From a virus (lineage: Duplodnaviria > Caudoviricetes): a stretch of 47,111 nt of DNA. The position numbers and the translations under genes were made by a program. Below, piece after piece: positions 19,067-25,095 of the stretch; the stretch's first letter is position 1; each line of letters begins with the position of its first letter. The DNA lies in the IMG/VR virus record IMGVR_UViG_3300033148_002673, positions 1-47,111 of that record. One strand, written 5' to 3'. The notes under the pieces were generated by a model, which was not told where the DNA came from, searched no databases, and was given only the letters and a program-made list of their open reading frames with translations.

Positions 19067-19205
19067 AGTGTGTTATGGTTATTTCGTTATTGCTCTGCTT
19101 TTGCTGTGTGACGGCAAATCCTCAGTATTTGGCACCAAGCATTCAAGACCGCGCAAAGGTCAGTCCAGCGCGGCAATCTTTTAATCAACAAAGGAGGAAG
19201 ACATC

Positions 19206-19535
19206 GTGAAGAGATATTTCATTGCGATTATTTGCATGTTTGCATTTGCGTTCCCTTTTACGGCCCAGGCAGAGCCAAGCATGGTTGTGCCGGCGTATGT
19301 TGCAGAGGTAAGCCCGGGACCTGGATCCAGTGCTAAGGCTGAGACAATCAGCGAAGGCAAAGAGACTACTGCGGCCAAGAACTACAATTTTGAGCACCCG
19401 GTATCGGGAGCGGTTGCCGCGATTAGCGGAATGGCTTGCAAGAATCAGATTGAAGATTGCATGTATGCAGATATCGGCGCAGGTTCTGGTGGTGTCCATA
19501 GAGGTGGCACCACTGGCATTAGTAAAACGTCATAA
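19206..19535 (+). CDS. Exported small protein (signal peptide)
   Basis: MKRYFIAIICMFAFAFPFTAQA-E Sec signal; AAGGAGG RBS. Confidence 0.7.
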   Translation: MKRYFIAIICMFAFAFPFTAQAEPSMVVPAYVAEVSPGPGSSAKAETISEGKETTAAKNYNFEHPVSGAVAAISGMACKNQIEDCMYADIGAGSGGVHRGGTTGISKTS

Positions 19536-19559
19536 CCTATAGTAGAAACACAACATCAA

Positions 19560-19591
19560 GAAAGCCCTGCATTAGATGCGGGGCTTTTTTA
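19560..19591 (+). terminator. Intrinsic terminator
   Basis: AAAGCCCTGCAT-TAG-ATGCGGGGCTTTTTT. Confidence 0.85.
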
Positions 19592-19620
19592 TTGACAGAA
19601 CCACTATCAAAGACTACATT
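19592..19620 (+). promoter_or_regulatory. sigma70 promoter of rtcB
   Basis: TTGACA-17-TACATT. Confidence 0.75.
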
Positions 19621-19627
19621 CACAGTC

Positions 19628-19731
19628 ATGACGTGAGACTCATAACAGGTAGACTTTATACAAAACCCTTCTTATCCCTTGGTTCCGCTACCGGAAGTCT
19701 CACCCAGGAGAGTAGAGGGGTTTTCTATTTT
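19628..19731 (+). promoter_or_regulatory. Structured rtcB leader with mini-ORF (putative attenuator)
   Basis: ATG ACG TGA at predicted TSS; GTGAGACT/AGTCTCAC and GGTAG/CTACC pairings compete with the AAAACCCTTCT/AGAGGGGTTTT hairpin and T-rich tail. Confidence 0.6.
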
Positions 19732-19741
19732 GGAGATGGCA

Positions 19742-20959
19742 ATGGAAAAGAAGGTCAAAATTTACGCAGAGAGATTGGAGTCAACAGCTTTGGAGCAATT
19801 TGAGGGCGCAATGGCTCAGGATTTCTCTGTGGCCGGCGCATTAATGCCTGATGCACACACTGGATATTCTTTACCAATTGGGGCTGTTGTAGCAACTGAT
19901 GGCATAGTTGTACCTGCATGGGTGGGGTACGATATTGGGTGTGGAATGTGCGCCTTACGCTTGGATGGTATCGATATTGATGCCGTGAAAGAAAATGGCC
20001 GAGATATTTTTGACCTGATCTACAAATACATCCCCGTTGGGTTTAATGTAAACCAGAAGAGCGTTGAATATAGCCTCGACGGCCTGACTGGCAAAGGGAA
20101 GGAGATCGCGGAATTAAAAAAACATGGCAGAGCACTCGGATCTTTGGGCGGTGGAAACCACTTCATTGAGATTGGATATGATGAAAACAATGAGGTTTGG
20201 GTGGTTATACATTCAGGGTCTCGCGGGGTTGGTCACGGCATAGCGTCACATTATATGACAGTTGCATCTAGTGACCCTGCTGAGCTTGAGGCTGAGTTCG
20301 ATGCCACTCATACGGCTATGCTGAAACATAATCCAGATCAATACGATGAGCACAAGGCTCGATATGTGGCGAAGAAACAAGGAAAGCTTAGGCCTAAAGA
20401 GGGTCATTATGGTTTTGCTGTAGATTCTAAGAATGGCATTGATTACATCGATGATCTCAACTGGTGTCTTGATTTTGCATTAGCAAACAGAAAAGAGATG
20501 ATGGCTCGAACTGTAAACGCAATTACCGAGGCGCTTGATATTTCTTGCTATGAGCTGGATATGTCGGAGTTGATCAACCGTAACCATAACCACGCTACCG
20601 AAAAAGACGGACTATGGATTCACCGCAAAGGAGCTACGCACGCAGAGGCTGGAATGGTTGGCGTGATTCCTGGAAATATGCGCGATGGCTCATTTATTGT
20701 ATCGGGCAAGGGTAATCCAGATTCATTATATTCAAGCTCTCATGGGGCTGGCCGCGTATTGGGGCGCAAGAAGGCGAAAGAGACACTTGATACTGCTGAT
20801 TTTGTTTCTACTATGAAGGGCATTACTGCAAAGGTGGAGGATAGCACTCTTGATGAGTCGCCAATGGCCTACAAGGATATATTCGAGGTGATGCGTCTGC
20901 AATCTGATTTGATCGACGTTCTTCACCACGTTAAGCCGCTGATTAATATCAAGGGGTAG
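19742..20959 (+). CDS. rtcB: RtcB RNA ligase (tRNA/rRNA repair)
   Basis: MPDAH, VGYDIGCGM, GSLGGGNHFIE, IHSGSRG, NHNH, HRKGA, IPGNM, SSHGAGR, DESPMAYK motifs present; GGAG RBS at 19732. Confidence 0.95.
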   Translation: MEKKVKIYAERLESTALEQFEGAMAQDFSVAGALMPDAHTGYSLPIGAVVATDGIVVPAWVGYDIGCGMCALRLDGIDIDAVKENGRDIFDLIYKYIPVGFNVNQKSVEYSLDGLTGKGKEIAELKKHGRALGSLGGGNHFIEIGYDENNEVWVVIHSGSRGVGHGIASHYMTVASSDPAELEAEFDATHTAMLKHNPDQYDEHKARYVAKKQGKLRPKEGHYGFAVDSKNGIDYIDDLNWCLDFALANRKEMMARTVNAITEALDISCYELDMSELINRNHNHATEKDGLWIHRKGATHAEAGMVGVIPGNMRDGSFIVSGKGNPDSLYSSSHGAGRVLGRKKAKETLDTADFVSTMKGITAKVEDSTLDESPMAYKDIFEVMRLQSDLIDVLHHVKPLINIKG

Positions 20960-20976
20960 TTACAGCGGCATAATAT

Positions 20977-21005
20977 TTGACATTGATAATATCAAAGACT
21001 ATATT
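20977..21005 (+). promoter_or_regulatory. sigma70 promoter of the tRNA operon
   Basis: TTGACA-17-TATATT; spacer contains palindrome TTGATA-A-TATCAA. Confidence 0.8.
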
Positions 21006-21011
21006 GAGCGC

Positions 21012-21071
21012 ATGAAATTTATTTGCCCAAGTTATCTATCGTTACTCCCACCCAAGAGATTGGAGGTCTAA
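21012..21071 (+). CDS. Putative attenuator leader peptide MKFICPSYLSLLPPKRLEV
   Basis: ATG 6 nt after the -10 box; codons CCA, CTA, TTA, CTC, CCA, CCC, TTG; stop overlaps the antiterminator strand. Confidence 0.75.
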   Translation: MKFICPSYLSLLPPKRLEV

Positions 21072-21099
21072 TTGCGTAGATAATAAAGTAAGCAATAAG

Positions 21100-21133
21100 A
21101 AGCCTCCACATCGAAAGATTTGGGGGTTTTTTT
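21100..21133 (+). terminator. Attenuator terminator (3:4 hairpin)
   Basis: AAGCCTCCA-C-ATC-GAAA-GAT-T-TGGGGGTTTTTTT. Confidence 0.85.
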
Positions 21134-21148
21134 ATGAGTATAAATAGG

Positions 21149-21222
21149 CTGGGTGTAGCTCAGCTTGGTAGAGTAGCTGCTTTGGAAGCAGGCGGTCGCT
21201 GGTTCAAATCCAGCCATCCAGA
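21149..21222 (+). tRNA. tRNA-Pro(TGG)
   Basis: Acceptor CTGGGTG/CATCCAG, D-arm GCTC/GAGT, loop TT-TGG-AA, T-arm GCTGG-TTCAAAT-CCAGC, C1-G72 and A73; CCA not encoded. Confidence 0.92.
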
Positions 21223-21236
21223 CCTATTTATATTTT

Positions 21237-21314
21237 GCTCCTCTAGGCTAATTGGCAACAGCCACAGAACTTAAAATTCTGTGTTTCTCAGTTCGACTCT
21301 GAGGGGGAGCACCA
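21237..21314 (+). tRNA. tRNA-Leu(TAA), short variable loop
   Basis: Acceptor GCTCCTC/GGGGAGC, stem CAGAA/TTCTG, loop CT-TAA-AA, T-arm CTCAG-TTCGACT-CTGAG, ACCA end. Confidence 0.9.
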
Positions 21315-21320
21315 GACAAT

Positions 21321-21403
21321 GCGCGGGTGACTAATGTAAATTGGCACAGCTACCAGATTTAGAATCTGGGTCTTTGTGGGTTCGAGTCCCACCCTGCGTA
21401 CCA
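21321..21403 (+). tRNA. tRNA-Leu(TAG), atypical D-arm, short variable loop
   Basis: Acceptor GCGCGGG/CCTGCGT, stem CCAGA/TCTGG, loop TT-TAG-AA, T-arm GTGGG-TTCGAGT-CCCAC, ACCA end. Confidence 0.8.
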
Positions 21404-21424
21404 TTTTCATGATCGCATGCGGTG

Positions 21425-21454
21425 TTGACATCTTATTCTGCATGCTCTTATACT
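21425..21454 (+). promoter_or_regulatory. sigma70 promoter of the capsid operon
   Basis: TTGACA-18-TATACT. Confidence 0.7.
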
Positions 21455-21600
21455 TAGGCAACCGAAATAAGACCCCGGAAGACGGCGAAGCGGCCCCTAT
21501 CAAGGCTAACCCGCAATCAACCATCAGATGGCTAACTCGAAGTAGGTATTGGTGATCTGGCATAGCCAGGTTCTATATTATATTTTTTGAGGACATTCTG

Positions 21601-22428
21601 ATGAGTGATACAGCTTTTCAAACAATGTACAGAAAGGAGTTTATCGCCGGATTCGAGAAGCGCCAATCGCTTGCTCGTCGTACTGTAACAACCGAGACCG
21701 AAATTAACGGTAACGAAGCAGTATTCCTGGTGGCAGACTCTGGCGGTGCATCTGCAGTTACCCGTGGCGTAAATGGAGACATTCCTACCCGCCCCGACAA
21801 TCTCAACCAATTCACAGCGACTCTGAAAGAGTGGCATGACGTTCCTGAGCGTACAAACTTTAACCTGTTTGCGTCTCAAGGTGATGGTCGCCGCATCATG
21901 CAAGAGACCTCCATGGCTGTTGTTAATCGAAAGATTGATACCGACATTCATGCTTCGCTGATTTCTGCCACAGTAACCTGGGGTGTAGCTGCTGTTGCAA
22001 CTCTCCTCCTTGTTTCAAAGGCGAAGACCAAGCTCGGCAATGCGTTTGCTGCTGATGAAGAGCCATTCGCTCTGATCACTCCAGCATTCCACGGCTATCT
22101 GATAAGTCTTGCTCAATTCAGTTCAGCCGATTACGTCAACCTGAAGCCTTTCGAGAACGTAAGCAAATCGATGGCCTTCAACTGGTATGGCGTTAACTGG
22201 ATTGTTGACGCAGGCCTTCCTGGTGTTGGTACTTCCAGCGCTTCATGCTTCATGTACGCTAAAGCGGCAGTTGGTCACGCATGTGATACTGAGTCTATTC
22301 AAACTTTCGTCGGTTACGACGACAAGAATGATAAGTCTTGGGCTCGCTGTTCTACCTACATGGGCTCTAAACTTTTACAGAACAGCGGCGTAGTGAAGAT
22401 GATTCACGACGACTCTGCACTGTCTTAA
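21601..22428 (+). CDS. Major capsid protein
   Basis: 275 aa; AF...Y..EFIAGFE.RQS.....VTTE start resembles BPP-1-like capsids; own promoter and GAGGA RBS; synteny. Confidence 0.8.
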   Translation: MSDTAFQTMYRKEFIAGFEKRQSLARRTVTTETEINGNEAVFLVADSGGASAVTRGVNGDIPTRPDNLNQFTATLKEWHDVPERTNFNLFASQGDGRRIMQETSMAVVNRKIDTDIHASLISATVTWGVAAVATLLLVSKAKTKLGNAFAADEEPFALITPAFHGYLISLAQFSSADYVNLKPFENVSKSMAFNWYGVNWIVDAGLPGVGTSSASCFMYAKAAVGHACDTESIQTFVGYDDKNDKSWARCSTYMGSKLLQNSGVVKMIHDDSALS

Positions 22429-22444
22429 TCGGGGGAATAGTTAA

Positions 22445-23368
22445 ATGACTTATTCAGTAAATAACCCTCCTCGCCTTGTATCTCAAAGTGTCGGCGCTCT
22501 TGGCGGTGACCTGTTTGTATACAAAGATGGGGATTCGATGGACGAAGTTGCTGTAACGAACTATGTTTCGAACGCAGTTGATCTCGCCCTGAAACCTCTT
22601 GATGTAGTTGTTCATATGGACACTACTGACAACGTGACCACAATGCTCGTCGCCCTAGCCGCCGCCTCTGGTGGTTCTGCGGAAGGTGCGTTGTGTAGCG
22701 CCATTGAGCCTATCGGTGAAACCTCTATCGCACTGCAAAGTGAAGGTACGGGTGACTTCGTGGTCGGCGGCATTATCACTTTCGATAATGATCCTGATGG
22801 CAATGAGTATCGACTCACCACTGGTGATGCTGATATTTCAGGTGGTGGTACTCTGGTTATCACTCCCGGCCTGATTGTTGCAACTGCGGTTGGTACTGGT
22901 ATCACCATTAAAGCTGGTGTTATTGACCTATCTTCCGGCGCATCTGGTCGCCAGGTTCACGCTTCATCTGCAGCAACACGAGATCTTCAGGCTTCCGAGT
23001 CTGGCGATTTGTTCCTGATGGACGCTACAGCCGGCCAAGCATTCACACTCCCTGTCGGCGTTACCGGCATGAAGTATGAGTTCCTGACCACTGTGGATCT
23101 AACGTCAAATGCCTATGCGGTGCTGTGTAATACAGATACTGCTGGTGACTTTCTGGTTGGTGCTGTTTCAGGTGCTGTCGAGGGAGCTGCAACTGACGAG
23201 TGGCACTTTGCTAACGGTTCAACTCATCTGGGCTTCTCGGCCAATGCGACCACTACTGGCGGCCTGATTGGTAGCCTGCTCACTGTTGAGTGTATCGCTG
23301 CAAACTTGTGGAAAGTATCTGGAGTCCAGTCTTGTACTGCGACACCATCAACTCCATTCACCACGTAA
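22445..23368 (+). CDS. Capsid decoration / minor structural protein
   Basis: Follows capsid; G/A/T-rich beta-type sequence; followed by terminator. Confidence 0.55.
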   Translation: MTYSVNNPPRLVSQSVGALGGDLFVYKDGDSMDEVAVTNYVSNAVDLALKPLDVVVHMDTTDNVTTMLVALAAASGGSAEGALCSAIEPIGETSIALQSEGTGDFVVGGIITFDNDPDGNEYRLTTGDADISGGGTLVITPGLIVATAVGTGITIKAGVIDLSSGASGRQVHASSAATRDLQASESGDLFLMDATAGQAFTLPVGVTGMKYEFLTTVDLTSNAYAVLCNTDTAGDFLVGAVSGAVEGAATDEWHFANGSTHLGFSANATTTGGLIGSLLTVECIAANLWKVSGVQSCTATPSTPFTT

Positions 23369-23386
23369 ACGAAAACCGTCTTGGCT

Positions 23387-23415
23387 CGCCCCTTAACCGG
23401 GGCGGGTCCTTTTTG
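23387..23415 (+). terminator. Intrinsic terminator after capsid genes
   Basis: CGCCCC-TTAACC-GGGGCG then CCTTTTT. Confidence 0.65.
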
Positions 23416-23435
23416 GAACTAAAGGAGAAAACACT

Positions 23436-23894
23436 ATGGCTTCTACAGCCGAAAATATTAAAGTTGATCCCTTGCGCCCTGCTGATGTTGGGCTATTTGA
23501 ACATCGCGTCACACGGTTAGATGCGAGTGTTTCCGGTAAACTATCTACCGAAGAATTAGAGGATCCCGCATTGTGGGTGAATATCGCCGGCAAAATGACT
23601 ATGGGCACTGAAGTCCGTTGTCTTGCCGATGATATGTCATTCGTTGCATACGGGGTCTGCACGTTCTCCCAAGGCTCTACCGTCAAGATTAAGATTTATG
23701 CCATGCATAAGCTTGATCAGGTTGATGCCGATAAAATGGGGGATATCACCAGTGACTATGAGATTAAACTTCGTGGACCAAAGAAATGGTGCGTGATGAA
23801 GAAATCTGATGGCACCGTGATTAAAGAAGGCATTGCCACCCAGCTTGAGGCGATGCGTGAGATGGAAGACTACAAGAAAGCGCTACGAGGATAA
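23436..23894 (+). CDS. Hypothetical protein (morphogenesis region)
   Basis: 152 aa, AAGGAG RBS. Confidence 0.75.
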   Translation: MASTAENIKVDPLRPADVGLFEHRVTRLDASVSGKLSTEELEDPALWVNIAGKMTMGTEVRCLADDMSFVAYGVCTFSQGSTVKIKIYAMHKLDQVDADKMGDITSDYEIKLRGPKKWCVMKKSDGTVIKEGIATQLEAMREMEDYKKALRG

Positions 23895-23898
23895 GTAA

Positions 23899-25080
23899 AT
23901 GGCCATTGATAAACTGTCGCTATACAATAATGCGCTTTTATTAATTGGCCAGCGTAGGCTGCAGAGCCTCACGGAAGACCGTGAGCCTCGACATCTTCTT
24001 GATGGCGCTTATGACCTCGGGGCGATCGAATATTGTCTTGAGGTTGTAAAGCCTGTCTTTTCTAGGAAGACTGCAAAACTTACATCTTCCACCGCCAACC
24101 CAGTTCATGATCTGGGTAATGATTTCACGCTTCCTTCTGACTACAACACCATTGTTGGGGTCTATAGTGACGCACTTCTCGATCAGGAAATATCACGGTA
24201 CATCATTGAGGGGAATACGCTTACATGCGATTTCACCACGATTTATGTCCGATACATTTCAGATGATCACGTAGCATCCTTCGCCAATTGGTCTAATTCC
24301 TTTGCTCGCGTTGTTTCAGCGTACTTGGGCAGGGAAATCAGCATTAAGCTGGCTCCAAGCCAATACGAGACGATTGATGAGTTATTTACCGATCGGGTTG
24401 AGGTATCCAAACAACTGGATCTCGAAAGGGAGCCGGCCAAGCGCTCATCAGTAACCACCAATACTCTAACCAATGATTGGCGGCTCATCTACAATGACGC
24501 GCTGCTTATCATGGGGCTGGATGAGATCACTCAGAATAACGACGATTCGAATCGCAGAACCAAACTTGACCGGGCGCTTGATGCTGGAATAGTCAAGGAT
24601 CTGCTGGAAGATACCGGGTGGACATTCGCCGTCACATCGACTCAAAGTTTCTTTGATCCATCTGTTGAACCAGCATGGGGATATACCCGTGCACATGCGA
24701 AGCCATCTGATCTGTATCGCATTGTCGGCCTGTTCTACGATGAGTACATGCAACAACCTCTCAAGCTATATCAGGACGAGGGTAAATATTTCTTCACTGA
24801 TGAAGATGAGATTATTGTCTCTTATATCAGCAGCTCATGGCTAAACACCCCGGCAAACTGGCCTACATTCTTCAGGCGACTGGTTGCGGCGAAGATGGCT
24901 AAAGATGCCGCTCCAAGCCTGAAAGGTGAAGGCGCAAACATCGAGAACGCAATGGCTGAGCATGAAGACCGGGAGAGCAAGGCCATGTCTAATGATGCCA
25001 TGGCCGCACCACCTCGTAAGCTTGCCGGAGGTAAGTGGACAAGCTCTCGCTTCAAAGGGGGTTATCGTGGCAGACCTTAA
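23899..25080 (+). CDS. Tail adaptor (tail tubular protein A, T7 gp11-like), tandemly duplicated domain
   Basis: Two repeats of YN.ALL..G...[LK]PSD...IVG...Y..EG.....D...I.V.YIS....W...F.R.V.A; upstream of nozzle. Confidence 0.8.
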   Translation: MAIDKLSLYNNALLLIGQRRLQSLTEDREPRHLLDGAYDLGAIEYCLEVVKPVFSRKTAKLTSSTANPVHDLGNDFTLPSDYNTIVGVYSDALLDQEISRYIIEGNTLTCDFTTIYVRYISDDHVASFANWSNSFARVVSAYLGREISIKLAPSQYETIDELFTDRVEVSKQLDLEREPAKRSSVTTNTLTNDWRLIYNDALLIMGLDEITQNNDDSNRRTKLDRALDAGIVKDLLEDTGWTFAVTSTQSFFDPSVEPAWGYTRAHAKPSDLYRIVGLFYDEYMQQPLKLYQDEGKYFFTDEDEIIVSYISSSWLNTPANWPTFFRRLVAAKMAKDAAPSLKGEGANIENAMAEHEDRESKAMSNDAMAAPPRKLAGGKWTSSRFKGGYRGRP

Positions 25081-25095
25081 TGGAACCCTAGGCTA

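Noticed and set aside
19576-19803. ORF-track 75-aa ORF and the 19679 upstream start for rtcB
   Set aside because: They overlap a terminator, promoter and structured leader; the RBS supports a start at 19742 (or 19736).
21237-21403. TAA and TAG anticodons as stop-suppressor tRNAs or a recoded genetic code
   Set aside because: Anticodons TAA and TAG read TTA and CTA (Leu); suppressors would need TTA or CTA anticodons, and genes end normally at all three stops.
21288-21951. Antisense ORFs over tRNAs and capsid, and similar shadow ORFs elsewhere
   Set aside because: Opposite strand of well-supported features with no RBS or recognisable motifs.
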